From: Armatimonadota bacterium
GTDB taxonomy: Bacteria > Armatimonadota > UBA5829 > DTLH01
Assembly (NCBI GenBank): GCA_039679675.1
Contig: JBDKUN010000026.1
Location: 1-38,747 of the forward strand
Reading direction: 5' to 3'
Length of the DNA: 38,747 bases
Of the stretch, positions 1-9,733 are shown piece by piece. The position numbers and the translations under genes were made by a program. Position 1 is the stretch's first letter. Each line of letters opens with the position of its first letter. The notes under the pieces are model-generated. The model searched no databases. It was given only the letters and a program-made list of their open reading frames with translations, and had not been told where the DNA came from.

Positions 1-127
1 TGGAGATAACGTAACAATATCAGCAGAACTCATCCAGCCGATAGCGATGGAAGAGGGACTGAGGTTCGCAATCCGAGAAGGTGGTCACACCGTCGGTGCT
101 GGCGTTGTCAGCCAGGTTATTGAATAG
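1..127 (+). CDS. tuf: Elongation factor Tu, C-terminal end (partial)
   Basis: Frame from nt 2 reads [41 protein letters not shown], the EF-Tu C-terminus; directly upstream of rpsJ. Confidence 0.97.
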   Translation, partial: GDNVTISAELIQPIAMEEGLRFAIREGGHTVGAGVVSQVIE

Positions 128-201
128 CATCAGCAATCAGTTATCAGCGTCAGTGTCAGCCGGATTAAATCGGCTGACCTGATTCTGCTGGCTGATAGCT
201 A
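128..201. repeat. Degenerate heptamer repeats in inverted arrangement forming a hairpin (tuf-rpsJ spacer)
   Basis: Left arm ATCAGCA ATCAGTT ATCAGCG; inner stem GTCAGCCG(155-162)/CGGCTGAC(171-178); right arm CTGAT..GCTGATAGCT. Confidence 0.7.
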
Positions 202-211
202 AGGAGCAAGA

Positions 212-520
212 ATGCGTAAGGATAAGGTTAGAATTCGGCTGAAAGCATTTGATCATAGAGTCTTGGATCAATCGGCCGAAAGGATCGTAGAGACCGCGCG
301 GCGGACAGGAGCACGGATTTCCGGTCCGGTGCTTCTTCCAACGGAGAAGGATATCTACTGCGTTAATCGCGGCCCGAATATCGACAAAGAGTCGATGGAG
401 CATTTCGAGGTAAGAACGCATAAGCGGCTTATCGACATACTCAACCCGGGTCCTAAAACGATTGACGCTTTGATGCGCCTTGACCTGCCGAGCGGAGTTG
501 ATATCGAGATCAAGCTGTAG
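212..520 (+). CDS. rpsJ: 30S ribosomal protein S10
   Basis: [14 protein letters not shown]...RTHKRLIDI...[21 protein letters not shown]. Confidence 0.99.
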   Translation: MRKDKVRIRLKAFDHRVLDQSAERIVETARRTGARISGPVLLPTEKDIYCVNRGPNIDKESMEHFEVRTHKRLIDILNPGPKTIDALMRLDLPSGVDIEIKL

Positions 521-606
521 GATCAGGGAATTGTGGATTTGACTGTTCATCTCAGAATCCTTAGATAGAACGGAATCCAGAGTTACCCTTTTCCCGGGAG
601 TTTAGA

Positions 607-1239
607 ATGCTAAAGGCAATACTGGGCAAGAAACTGGGAATGACCCAGATTTTTGATGAATCAGGGCGGATGGTGCCGGTAACGGTAATCGATGCAAGCC
701 CAATGACGGTTACACAGATGAAGACCAAGGAGACAGACGGCTATACAGGCGTCCAGGTCGGATATCTTTCCGTCAAAGAGAACAGAGTGACCAAGCCTGT
801 GCTCGGCCATCTGAAAAAAGCCGGCGTCAAGCCGATGAAATACCTTAGAGAACTACCCATTTACGGAACAGACGATCTCGAAGTTGGTAACGAGATAAAG
901 GCCGAAAATGTGCTTTCTGAGGGGGATACGGTTGCGGTTACAGGAACATCGAAGGGCAAAGGCTTCGCTGGTGCAGTGAAGCGCTACCACTTCCATGGAG
1001 GAGATATGACCCATGGGTCAATGATCCATCGCAAACCGCAGTCCGGTGGTGCAACAGACGCCGCCAGAACATTTAAAGGTGTCAGACGACCAGGTCGAAT
1101 GGGTGGTGACACCGTAACGGTCCGAAGGCTCAAGATTGTTCGCGTAGATACGGAACGAAACATCGTTCTTATAAAAGGCGCGGTACCTGGAGCAAACGGC
1201 GGACTCGTTATGATCAAAAAAATGGAGAAGGGGGAGTAG
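607..1239 (+). CDS. rplC: 50S ribosomal protein L3
   Basis: LGKKLGMTQIF, SKGKGFAGAVKR, KGAVPGANG motifs; operon position. Confidence 0.99.
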   Translation: MLKAILGKKLGMTQIFDESGRMVPVTVIDASPMTVTQMKTKETDGYTGVQVGYLSVKENRVTKPVLGHLKKAGVKPMKYLRELPIYGTDDLEVGNEIKAENVLSEGDTVAVTGTSKGKGFAGAVKRYHFHGGDMTHGSMIHRKPQSGGATDAARTFKGVRRPGRMGGDTVTVRRLKIVRVDTERNIVLIKGAVPGANGGLVMIKKMEKGE

Positions 1240-1240
1240 G

Positions 1241-1867
1241 ATGCCTACGGTAACCCTTAAAACGAAAAACGGCGAAAATGCAGGTGAGCTTGAGCTAAGC
1301 CAGAGAGTATTCGGTGAGGAACCGAATAAAGTTCTTATGCACCAGGCTGTAGTAGAAGAGCTTGCTAATATGCGAACCGGAAATTCTGATACAAAGAGCC
1401 GCGGCGAGGTAAGTGGCGGAGGCAGAAAGCCTTACCGACAGAAAGGCACCGGCCGTGCAAGACAGGGAAGTATCAGAGCACCGCATTATCCAGGTGGTGG
1501 AGTTGCGTTTGGTCCACATCCGAGAAGTTATGAGCAGAGTATGCCTCGCAAAATGAGGAAAGCAGCTTTAAGGTCTGCATTATCTGCGAAACTTGCGGAT
1601 GGTGAGATAGTAGTGATAGACGATCTGACGCTTGATAGTATCAGCACGAAGACCATGTCTGAAATTCTTGAAAAGCTGGAAGCCTCTGGAAAGATTATGC
1701 TGGCTCTATCGGATGTTACGGAAGAAGTGGTGATGTCCGCACGGAATATACCAGGTATCATCATTTGTGAGGCTCCGGCCATATCAGTGCTGGAGTTACT
1801 CGATAGCGACAGGATCGTTATGACCAAGGCTGCCGCTCAGGTGTTAGAGGAGGCATACTCGAAGTGA
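1241..1867 (+). CDS. rplD: 50S ribosomal protein L4
   Basis: EVSGGGRKPYRQKGTGRARQGSIRAP motif. Confidence 0.99.
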   Translation: MPTVTLKTKNGENAGELELSQRVFGEEPNKVLMHQAVVEELANMRTGNSDTKSRGEVSGGGRKPYRQKGTGRARQGSIRAPHYPGGGVAFGPHPRSYEQSMPRKMRKAALRSALSAKLADGEIVVIDDLTLDSISTKTMSEILEKLEASGKIMLALSDVTEEVVMSARNIPGIIICEAPAISVLELLDSDRIVMTKAAAQVLEEAYSK

Positions 1868-2154
1868 AAGATCCTTACTCAATAGTCAAGCAGCCGCTGG
1901 TTACGGAAAAGAGTATGGCCGGAGTAGGACACAACAAGTATACGTTTGAAGTATCTATGGATGCCAATAAGATCGAGATCGGTCAGGCTATAGAGAAGAT
2001 CTTCAGCGTGAAAGTACTAAAGGTCAATACACTTAAGGTCAAAGGCAAAAAGAAGAGAGTTGGACGGCATCCCGAGGGGATGACAGCTGATATGAAGAAG
2101 GCCGTTATAACACTTGCGCCGGGCCAGCGGATAGAGATATTTGAAGGTATGTAG
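1864..2154 (+). CDS. rplW: 50S ribosomal protein L23
   Basis: PLVTEKS...ANKIEI...KKAVITL; GTGA overlap with rplD. Confidence 0.98.
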   Translation: MKDPYSIVKQPLVTEKSMAGVGHNKYTFEVSMDANKIEIGQAIEKIFSVKVLKVNTLKVKGKKKRVGRHPEGMTADMKKAVITLAPGQRIEIFEGM

Positions 2155-2248
2155 GTGAGCATCGAGCATGAGAAGAGAATAGAGAGTGTAAGAACGCTGA
2201 TTTCTCTTTTATAGCTCATTGCTTTGGATAGGCCAGGAGGAATTTCCA

Positions 2249-3073
2249 GTGGCATTGAAACAGTTTAAGCCCACTTCACCAGGACGGAGATATTTCACTG
2301 TATCGACGTTCGAGGAAGTGACAAAGAAAGAGCCGGAAAAGTCACTGATAAAGCCCATCAAGCGGACCGGTGGACGGAACGCCCAGGGCAAGTTGACAAT
2401 GAGGCACGTCGGCGGCGGACATAAGCGGGCTTACAGGATTATCGACTTCAAGCGGGACAAAGCTGAAGTCCCCGGCAAGGTAACTGCCATAGAGTACGAT
2501 CCGAACCGCTCCGCCAGAATAGCTTTGGTTGCATATGCGGATGGTGAGAAGCGCTATATACTTGCACCGATTGGTATCAAAGTAGGCGACAGTATAGTCT
2601 CCTCTGATGGCGCAGACATCAAACCAGGAAACGCTATGCCGCTTTCAAAGATTCCCGTCGGAACGATGGTGCATAACGTAGAGCTTTCGCCTGGTAAAGG
2701 CGGCCAGCTTGCCCGCAGTGCGGGAAGCGGCGCCCAGCTTATGGCGAAGGAAGGAAAATACGCTGCACTGAGACTTCCGTCAGGTGAGATGAGAAATGTT
2801 CTTGCTACATGCAAGGCGACGATTGGGCAAGTAGGCAATACCGATCACGAAAATATATCGCTTGGTAAAGCCGGAAGAAACCGATGGCTTGGAGTCAGAC
2901 CGACTGTCAGAGGTGTAGTTATGAACCCGCGAGACCATCCACACGGTGGTGGAGAGGGCAAATCTCCGATTGGTCGAAAGAGTCCGTCAACTCCTTGGGG
3001 CAAGCCTGCTCTGGGACACAAGACTCGTAAGAAGAAGATGTCTGACAAGCTGATTATTAGAAGACGGAAGTAG
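2249..3073 (+). CDS. rplB: 50S ribosomal protein L2
   Basis: [30 protein letters not shown]; start moved to GTG 2249 behind SD AGGAGG. Confidence 0.99.
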   Translation: MALKQFKPTSPGRRYFTVSTFEEVTKKEPEKSLIKPIKRTGGRNAQGKLTMRHVGGGHKRAYRIIDFKRDKAEVPGKVTAIEYDPNRSARIALVAYADGEKRYILAPIGIKVGDSIVSSDGADIKPGNAMPLSKIPVGTMVHNVELSPGKGGQLARSAGSGAQLMAKEGKYAALRLPSGEMRNVLATCKATIGQVGNTDHENISLGKAGRNRWLGVRPTVRGVVMNPRDHPHGGGEGKSPIGRKSPSTPWGKPALGHKTRKKKMSDKLIIRRRK

Positions 3074-3085
3074 GAGGGATAACTG

Positions 3086-3370
3086 GTGGCGAGATCGCTT
3101 AAAAAGGGACCATATGCCGAGCCTAAGCTCCTGGGGAAGATTGATAAGATGAACGCCAGGGGGGAGAAGCGGATCATTAAGACGTGGTCGAGAAGGTCCA
3201 CTATATTCCCCTCGATGATTGGTCATACAATTGCCGTACATGATGGCCGGAAACACGTTCCTGTGTTTATCACTGAGAACATGGTAGGGCATAAACTCGG
3301 CGAATTTGCTGTGACGCGGCTTTACAGAGGGCACGGCCATCATACTGAACGGTCGACCTCCTTGAAGTAA
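3086..3370 (+). CDS. rpsS: 30S ribosomal protein S19
   Basis: MARSLKKGP...[10 protein letters not shown]...MVGHKLGEF. Confidence 0.99.
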   Translation: MARSLKKGPYAEPKLLGKIDKMNARGEKRIIKTWSRRSTIFPSMIGHTIAVHDGRKHVPVFITENMVGHKLGEFAVTRLYRGHGHHTERSTSLK

Positions 3371-3389
3371 GGCGTTAGGAGATAGAAAC

Positions 3390-4142
3390 ATGGATGCTAC
3401 AGTCGCGAGAGTTCGCGATTTTGTGAGAAGTCAAGTTGAGGGAGAGCGCATATGGCGCGTCGGAGTAAAGCTGACAAAAGACTCCGGTACAGTAACGCTG
3501 TATACTCCTGATAACCCTGAGAGACTTGTCGACGAGCGAAGCAAGGGCCGGGAACCGATTATCGCCAGAGTCGACCGTGAGCTTAAGAAGCAATTCGGTC
3601 CGCAGATGTCGGTAAAGGTTGTTCAATCGCCGACTGCTGTTGCGAAGTATATTCGCATCTCTCCCAGGAAAGTCAGATTTGTAGTAGATGCTATCCGAGG
3701 AAAGCATGTTCAGGATGCGCTGGCTATTTTGCAATTCGTGCCGAATAATGCCGCAAGGACGGTCTCGAAATTGCTTAAATCTGCCATTGCGAATGCTGAA
3801 AACAACCATCGGATGGATTCCGATTCTCTCGAAGTGATTCATATTCACGTCGACGAAGGGCCGACTCTGAAAAGAATCAGCCCAAGAGCTATGGGACGCG
3901 CATATCGCATTATGAAGAGGACGAGCCATATTACTGTCGGCCTCGGTGAGAGCAGTGGTCCAGCAAGAATCGGAAGAAGCGGTAAGAGTGTCGCCAAGAC
4001 GGTTGCAAAGGCTCCAAGAAAGGCAAAAGCCGAAGGAACCACAAGGGCTAAACGCCCTGAAACCGCGGCGACCGCCTCCAAGTCGTCTGGGGAGAGCAAA
4101 GCTAAGGCTCCCAGGCGACAGGCTAAAAAAGGAGGAGAGTAA
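3390..4142 (+). CDS. rplV: 50S ribosomal protein L22 with ~80-aa N-terminal KH-like domain and Lys/Ala-rich C-terminal tail
   Basis: L22 core [12 protein letters not shown]...[15 protein letters not shown]...RTSHITV from about aa 83; SD AGGAG before ATG 3390; ORF fills the rpsS-rpsC interval. Confidence 0.95.
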   Translation: MDATVARVRDFVRSQVEGERIWRVGVKLTKDSGTVTLYTPDNPERLVDERSKGREPIIARVDRELKKQFGPQMSVKVVQSPTAVAKYIRISPRKVRFVVDAIRGKHVQDALAILQFVPNNAARTVSKLLKSAIANAENNHRMDSDSLEVIHIHVDEGPTLKRISPRAMGRAYRIMKRTSHITVGLGESSGPARIGRSGKSVAKTVAKAPRKAKAEGTTRAKRPETAATASKSSGESKAKAPRRQAKKGGE

Positions 4143-5009
4143 TTGGGTCAGAAGATACACCCGATAGGGTTTAGAGTAGGCGTTATCCGAGACTGGGAAA
4201 GTCGATGGTACGCTACAAAGGAAATGGGCACTCTGATCGCTGAAGATGCCGCAATCCGTAAGTTTGTCAAAAAGAAACTTGCACAGGCGGCTGTCTCTAA
4301 GGTCGAAATAGAGCGGTCACCGAACAGAGTCAAAGCGCTTATCCATACAGCAAAGCCCGGTCTTATTATCGGACGCGGCGGACGCGGTGTAGATGAGTTA
4401 AGAGACCAGATCCAGAAGATATCTGCAGGCAAACAGGTTCATGTAGCCGTCGAAGAGATAAGGCAGCCGGAATTGGATGCCCAGCTCGTAGCGGAGTCGA
4501 TTGCGCAGCAAATCGAGCGCAGAATATCGCATAAGAGAGCTATGAAGCAGTCGGTTACACGGACTATGCGGATGGGCGCCAAAGGAATCAAGATCAGATG
4601 CGCCGGAAGACTCGGCGGAGCTGAGATGGCTCGTGTTGAAGTCGATAGAGCAGGAAAGATCCCGCTTCAGACTCTGCGCGCGGACATCGATTATGGTTTT
4701 GCAGAAGCAAAAACAACATACGGCCATATCGGCATTAAAGTATGGATATACAAAGGCGAAATCCTTCCTGGTCAGCGGAGAGCTGAGCCGACAGAGGAAC
4801 AGATACTGGAAACCCGCCGCAGAGAAATGAGAGAGCGCGGCGAAAGAAGACGTGGTCGTGAAGGCGATGGCGGTCCTCGTGGCGAACGTGGTCCACGCGG
4901 CGGCGGTCGTGGCGGCGCAGGCGGTGGACGCGGCGGCGCTGGTGGCGGACGCGGAGGTTCCCGTGGAGGTGGCCGCAGTGGCGGCGGACAGAGAGGGGGC
5001 AGTCGCTAA
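4143..5009 (+). CDS. rpsC: 30S ribosomal protein S3 with Arg/Gly-rich C-terminal tail
   Basis: [45 protein letters not shown] start. Confidence 0.99.
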   Translation: MGQKIHPIGFRVGVIRDWESRWYATKEMGTLIAEDAAIRKFVKKKLAQAAVSKVEIERSPNRVKALIHTAKPGLIIGRGGRGVDELRDQIQKISAGKQVHVAVEEIRQPELDAQLVAESIAQQIERRISHKRAMKQSVTRTMRMGAKGIKIRCAGRLGGAEMARVEVDRAGKIPLQTLRADIDYGFAEAKTTYGHIGIKVWIYKGEILPGQRRAEPTEEQILETRRREMRERGERRRGREGDGGPRGERGPRGGGRGGAGGGRGGAGGGRGGSRGGGRSGGGQRGGSR

Positions 5010-5476
5010 TGTTAATGCCTAAAAGAGTAAAGCACCGCAAAGTACATCGCGGTTCAAGAGCCGGTAAGGCCAACTCAGGTAATAAGATAGATTTCGGTGA
5101 GTTCGGCCTGCAGGCATTGGAATCCTGCTGGATGACATCAAATCAGATCGAAGCCGCCAGGGTTGCGATGACAAGACACGTAAAAAGAGGCGGGCAGATC
5201 TGGATTCGCGTATTCCCGGATAAACCGGTAACTAAAAAACCGGCAGAAACGAGAATGGGTAGTGGAAAAGGTGCGCCCGAAGTTTGGGTCGCAGTTGTAA
5301 AGCCCGGTCGAATGCTTTTCGAGATGGCCGGCGTTAGCGAGGATCTTGCAAAGGAAGCCATGAGGCTCGCAGCCCATAAGCTTCCGATCAAGACCAAGTT
5401 CGTGACCAGGAAAGAGCAGAGTGAGATAAGTGAAGCAGTCGAAATTCAAGCAGCAACTGCAATCGAGCACGAGTAA
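5009..5476 (+). CDS. rplP: 50S ribosomal protein L16
   Basis: [11 protein letters not shown]...ETRMGSGKG...[12 protein letters not shown] plus about 20 extra C-terminal residues. Confidence 0.99.
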   Translation: MLMPKRVKHRKVHRGSRAGKANSGNKIDFGEFGLQALESCWMTSNQIEAARVAMTRHVKRGGQIWIRVFPDKPVTKKPAETRMGSGKGAPEVWVAVVKPGRMLFEMAGVSEDLAKEAMRLAAHKLPIKTKFVTRKEQSEISEAVEIQAATAIEHE

Positions 5477-5657
5477 AGAGATGGAGTCCCTGCTTGCTGA
5501 GGAGCGAAAGAACCTTTACGGGCTCCGTCAGCAGATAGCAATGAAGCAGCTCAACAATCCGCGTGCAATCCGTGAATCACGTAAGAAAATAGCGCGTTTG
5601 CTTACCACTTTGCGGGAACATGAGTTGAAAGAGGCTGGAGAGCAGGCTAAGGCATGA
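5430..5657 (+). CDS. rpmC: 50S ribosomal protein L29
   Basis: [31 protein letters not shown]; between rplP and rpsQ; start codon less certain (GTG 5430, alternative ATG 5481). Confidence 0.92.
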   Translation: MKQSKFKQQLQSSTSKEMESLLAEERKNLYGLRQQIAMKQLNNPRAIRESRKKIARLLTTLREHELKEAGEQAKA

Positions 5658-5911
5658 TCGATAGAGGTTCAAGAAAAGTCCGGATCGGACACGTAGTAAG
5701 CGATAAAATGGACAAAACGGTCATCGTGGCTGTTGAGACTCTGGTACGACACCCTATATATGGGAAGATCGTTCGCCGGACGACCAAGTTCAAGGCCCAT
5801 GATGAAGCCAATAGCGCGGGCGAAGGCGATGTAGTTGAGATCATGGAGACAAGACCCTTGTCTCGTGACAAACGCTGGCGTGTGTCTAGAATCGTAGAAA
5901 AAGCTAAGTAG
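5654..5911 (+). CDS. rpsQ: 30S ribosomal protein S17
   Basis: [12 protein letters not shown]...HDE...[11 protein letters not shown]. Confidence 0.99.
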   Translation: MIDRGSRKVRIGHVVSDKMDKTVIVAVETLVRHPIYGKIVRRTTKFKAHDEANSAGEGDVVEIMETRPLSRDKRWRVSRIVEKAK

Positions 5912-5988
5912 TTCAAAGGTGCAGAGGACAGAGTGCGGAGAGGTAAGTAGCAGCTCTAAGCTCTGAACTCTGGCTCTGAACTCTGAAC
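5912..5988. repeat. Degenerate heptamer repeat hairpin (rpsQ-rplN spacer)
   Basis: Left arm ..GCAGA GGACAGA GTGCGGA G; right arm GCTCTAA GCTCTGA ACTCTG GCTCTGA ACTCTGA, roughly complementary. Confidence 0.7.
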
Positions 5989-5999
5989 GAGGTATAGCA

Positions 6000-6368
6000 A
6001 TGATACAACCATACACACGGCTTCGGTCCGCTGATAACTCCGGAGCGCGTGAGATTCTGTGTATTCGGGTCATGAAGGGATCGAATGGGCATTATGCAGG
6101 GATCGGTGATATAATTATCGGTGCTGTAAAGTCCGCGACTCCGGGAGCGACCGTGAAAAAAGGTGATATCGTCCGATGTGTAGTCGTCAGGACGAAGAAT
6201 GATGTTCACAGACACGATGGCTCGACCCTGAGATTCGATGAGAATGCGGCTGTTGTGGTAAACAATGCAAACGAGCCGCGCGGCACAAGAATATTCGGTC
6301 CGGTTGCAAGAGAACTCCGTGATAAAGGGTTCATGAGGATCGTATCGCTTGCGCCGGAGGTCCTGTAA
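6000..6368 (+). CDS. rplN: 50S ribosomal protein L14
   Basis: [34 protein letters not shown]. Confidence 0.99.
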   Translation: MIQPYTRLRSADNSGAREILCIRVMKGSNGHYAGIGDIIIGAVKSATPGATVKKGDIVRCVVVRTKNDVHRHDGSTLRFDENAAVVVNNANEPRGTRIFGPVARELRDKGFMRIVSLAPEVL

Positions 6369-6369
6369 T

Positions 6370-6735
6370 ATGATAAAAAGGCAGAAGATAAAATTTGAAG
6401 GCCGGCTCCGATTGAAGAGAGGCGATGAAGTAGTCGTACTTACCGGTAAGGATAAGGGTAAACGCGGCAAAATTATCGAGACGATACCGGAAGCTGGCAG
6501 GGTGATAGTTGACGGAGTCAATATTGCTACGAGACATCAGAGAGCTCAGCAAGCGACACGAGCTACACCAAAGACTCAGACCGGCCTGATACATTCACCG
6601 GCTGCTATGAGTTCATCAAAAGTAATGCTTGTTTGTCCCAAGTGCAGCAAACCGACAAGGATTGCTGCCGGGAAGACAAACGATGGCGCAAGAACCAGAC
6701 GATGCACAAAGTGCCTCGAGCTGATAGATGTATGA
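6370..6735 (+). CDS. rplX: 50S ribosomal protein L24 (CxxC...CxxC form)
   Basis: [21 protein letters not shown] motif; CPKC...CTKC; start moved to ATG 6370. Confidence 0.97.
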   Translation: MIKRQKIKFEGRLRLKRGDEVVVLTGKDKGKRGKIIETIPEAGRVIVDGVNIATRHQRAQQATRATPKTQTGLIHSPAAMSSSKVMLVCPKCSKPTRIAAGKTNDGARTRRCTKCLELIDV

Positions 6736-6748
6736 GGAGACGCTTCCT

Positions 6749-7294
6749 ATGCCAGCAAGGATGAAAGATAAATACCAGAAGGAAGTTGTCCCCCAATTGA
6801 TGAAGACCTTCGGTTACAAGAACATTATGGAAGTACCGAAGATGACGAAAGTCGTTCTTAATATGGGGGTAGGAGCGGCGATTCAGGATTCCAAACAACT
6901 GGACGCAGCTGTCAATGATATGACGATGATCACCGGCCAAAGGCCGATTGTCACCAAAGCGAAGAAGTCCATTTCGAACTTCAAAATACGAGCCGGTATG
7001 CGTATCGGCTGCAAGGTTACTCTTCGCGGGGACAGAATGTGGGAGTTCCTGGACAGGCTCTTTAATGTAGTCATGCCTCGTATGCGTGACTTTATGGGAA
7101 TAAATCCCAATTCCTTCGATGGTCGAGGGAACTTTGCAATGGGACTCAAGGAGCAGTTGGTCTTCCCTGAGATCGATTATGATAAAGTCGACAAGACCAG
7201 AGGAATGGATATTATTATAACTACAACGGCAAAAACTGATGAGGAAGCAAGAAATCTGCTCAAATCACTGGGTATGCCGTTTAGGGTGTCGTAA
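6749..7294 (+). CDS. rplE: 50S ribosomal protein L5
   Basis: [30 protein letters not shown]; start moved to ATG 6749 behind SD GAGGAG. Confidence 0.99.
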   Translation: MPARMKDKYQKEVVPQLMKTFGYKNIMEVPKMTKVVLNMGVGAAIQDSKQLDAAVNDMTMITGQRPIVTKAKKSISNFKIRAGMRIGCKVTLRGDRMWEFLDRLFNVVMPRMRDFMGINPNSFDGRGNFAMGLKEQLVFPEIDYDKVDKTRGMDIIITTTAKTDEEARNLLKSLGMPFRVS

Positions 7295-7324
7295 TCCAAT
7301 CGAGGCTAGCGAGATAACCGCACG

Positions 7325-9394
7325 ATGAAAAACTACGCAATTGACGCAATACGGAATGTAGCGCTGGTAGGACACAGTGGAGCGGGGAAGACTTCGCTCA
7401 CTGAAGCACTGCTATACACGACGGGCGCGATCGACAGGCTTGGTAAGGTTGATGATGGTACTGCAACCACAGACTACGATGCGGATGAGATAAAAAGAAA
7501 AATTAGTATCAATACATCCGTTGCTCCTTGCGAATGGAGCGGGCGTAAGATAAACCTGCTTGATACTCCGGGATACCCGGACTTTGTAGGTGACGTGATA
7601 GGCGCTGTTCATGTAGCCGAAAGCGCTTTGATCGTAGTAGATGCTGTTGGCGGGGTCGAGGTCGGAACAGAGACCGGCTGGGATACCGCTGTAGCCCGCG
7701 GTGTTACCCGATGCATCTTTGTAAACAAGATGGAGAGGGAAAATGCCGATTTCTACCGCGTGCTGGAGCAGTTGCGGACGGTATTCGGGCGGAACGTTGT
7801 TCCCGTACAATTGCCAATCGGATCGCAGGACTCTTTCAAGGGAATAGTTGACCTCATCGATCTGAAAGCCTATGAGTGGCAGGGCGGAAAATCGAGCCCT
7901 GCAGATGTTCCTGCTGATATGAAGGCGCAGATTGATCAGTATAGAGATGCTCTAATCGAGGTAGCTGCCGAAGCGGACGACGAGCTCACTATGAGGTATC
8001 TGGACGGAGAGGAGCTTTCGGCTGAAGATATTAAGCGTGGCCTGGAACTCGGCATAGTCGAGGGGAAGATTGTGCCTGTCCTCTGCGGGTCGGGCATGAA
8101 GCAGATCGGGCTTACATCACTGCTTGATTTCATAGCCAATGAGCTTCCTTCTCCTGCTGCCAATAGCAAGATAGAAGGCAAGAGCCCTGCTGGTGCTGAA
8201 GAGACGAGAACTCCTGATGGTCCGTTCTCAGCCCTTGTATTTAAGACTGTCGCAGACCCATATGTGGGCAAATTGACCTATTTCCGGGTCTATTCGGGGA
8301 CTCTCAAGTCTGATTCTACGACTTTCAATGCGACGAAAGGCCGCGATGAACGTGTTGGCCAGGTGTATTTCATAAAGGGTAAGCTGCAGGAAGCTACGAC
8401 CGGTGTTGGAGCAGGTGACATAGGCGCTGTCGCAAAACTCGCTGAAACTGTTACCGGAGATACGCTCTCAGACAAGGCGAAGCCGATATTACTGTCGCCG
8501 ATAGAGTTTCCTGAGCCGGTTTATTCGCTTGCGATACATGCGAAGACAAAATCGGATGAAGATAAGCTCGGTCCGGCTCTTGGTAAGCTTGCTGATGAAG
8601 ACCCAACCTTTAAGACAGAGCGGGACAAGGCAACCGGCCAGACTCTTATAGCCGGCTTGGGCGATACCCACCTTGATATCGTTACGGACCGATTGAAAAG
8701 GAAGTTCGGGGTCGAGGTGGAAGTCGAAACTCCGAAGATCGCATATAGAGAGACGATCACAACGGCAGCTTCCGCGCAGGGCAGGCATAAGAAGCAGACT
8801 GGTGGTCGAGGTCAGTTCGGTGATGCCTGGGTCAAGCTTGAACCGCTTCCAAGAAGCAGTGGTTATGAGTTCGTCGACCAGATTGTAGGCGGTGCAATTC
8901 CGAGACAGTGGATACCGTCAGTGGATAAAGGTGTGCAGGAAGCGCTGTCTAGGGGTATTCTTGCAGGCTTCAAGGTAGTAGATGTCAGAGCTACCGTTTA
9001 TGATGGATCATTCCACAATGTAGACTCATCGGATATGGCGTTCCAGTTGGCTGGTATTCTGGCATTCCAGAATGCAGCGGCAAAAGCAGGTCCTGTAATT
9101 CTTGAGCCGGTTGTCGAAGTTGAGATAGTCGTCCCTGAAGAGTATATGGGTGACGTGATCAGCGATATGAACGGCAAGCGCGGAAGAATCATGGGGATGG
9201 AGCCGATTGGACACGGCAAGCAGAGGATCAAAGCTACGGCTCCTCAGGGTGAGATGCTGAGATATGCAATCGATCTTAGATCCATCGCCCGCGGTAGAGG
9301 GACATTTAAGGCAGCGTTTTCGCATTATGAAGAAGTTCCTGCGCATACAGCGCAGCAAATTATTGAGCAAGCTAAGAAGGCCAGGGAGGAATAA
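7325..9394 (+). CDS. Elongation factor G-like protein (EF-G II / EF-G2 type paralogue)
   Basis: Full-length 689-aa EF-G architecture; G1 GHSGAGKT, G2 RKISI, G3 DTPGYPDF, G4 NKME; domain IV KKQTGGRGQFG and DGSFHNVDSS. Confidence 0.95.
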   Translation: MKNYAIDAIRNVALVGHSGAGKTSLTEALLYTTGAIDRLGKVDDGTATTDYDADEIKRKISINTSVAPCEWSGRKINLLDTPGYPDFVGDVIGAVHVAESALIVVDAVGGVEVGTETGWDTAVARGVTRCIFVNKMERENADFYRVLEQLRTVFGRNVVPVQLPIGSQDSFKGIVDLIDLKAYEWQGGKSSPADVPADMKAQIDQYRDALIEVAAEADDELTMRYLDGEELSAEDIKRGLELGIVEGKIVPVLCGSGMKQIGLTSLLDFIANELPSPAANSKIEGKSPAGAEETRTPDGPFSALVFKTVADPYVGKLTYFRVYSGTLKSDSTTFNATKGRDERVGQVYFIKGKLQEATTGVGAGDIGAVAKLAETVTGDTLSDKAKPILLSPIEFPEPVYSLAIHAKTKSDEDKLGPALGKLADEDPTFKTERDKATGQTLIAGLGDTHLDIVTDRLKRKFGVEVEVETPKIAYRETITTAASAQGRHKKQTGGRGQFGDAWVKLEPLPRSSGYEFVDQIVGGAIPRQWIPSVDKGVQEALSRGILAGFKVVDVRATVYDGSFHNVDSSDMAFQLAGILAFQNAAAKAGPVILEPVVEVEIVVPEEYMGDVISDMNGKRGRIMGMEPIGHGKQRIKATAPQGEMLRYAIDLRSIARGRGTFKAAFSHYEEVPAHTAQQIIEQAKKAREE

Positions 9395-9580
9395 TTGGCA
9401 AAGCAGGCTTTAATTGAAAAATCAAATCGCAAACCGAAGTTCAAGGTGCGCAAATATAATAGATGCAGCATTTGCGGCAGACCGCGTGGCTACATCAGAG
9501 ATTTCGGCCTTTGTCGGATCTGTTTTAGAGAGATGTCGCATCAGGGTCTCATCCCCGGTGTAACCAAATCCAGCTGGTAG
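9395..9580 (+). CDS. rpsZ: 30S ribosomal protein S14, type Z (zinc-binding)
   Basis: 61 aa, [10 protein letters not shown]...LCRICFRE...[12 protein letters not shown] start abuts the EF-G-like stop. Confidence 0.98.
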   Translation: MAKQALIEKSNRKPKFKVRKYNRCSICGRPRGYIRDFGLCRICFREMSHQGLIPGVTKSSW

Positions 9581-9589
9581 AGATTGATC

Positions 9590-9638
9590 CGCCGGTACCG
9601 GCTTCTTAATAGGAAAGAAGCAGTGCCGGCGTATTTCT
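9590..9638 (+). terminator. Putative intrinsic terminator after rpsZ
   Basis: Stem CGCCGGTAC..GCTTCTT / AAGAAGC..GTGCCGGCG (9590-9631) followed by TATTTCT; U-tract weak. Confidence 0.55.
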
Positions 9639-9662
9639 GACAGCTTTAAAAGAGCTTGTGGC

Positions 9663-9692
9663 TTGACGGGACAGTCCACAAGATGCTAATAT
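9663..9692 (+). promoter_or_regulatory. Putative sigma70-type promoter upstream of rpsH
   Basis: TTGACG (9663-9668), 18 nt spacer, TAATAT (9687-9692), with an extended -10 TG at 9684-9685. Confidence 0.6.
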
Positions 9693-9733
9693 GTATCTTT
9701 GTGACGCCTGTCTCGCGGGAGGAATAGATTAGA

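Noticed and set aside
7325..9394. Calling the EF-G-like gene canonical fusA or a TetM/TetO ribosomal protection protein
   Set aside because: It lacks AHIDAGKT/RGITI/DTPGH, which both of those families retain, and keeps EF-G domain IV motifs; it fits EF-G II
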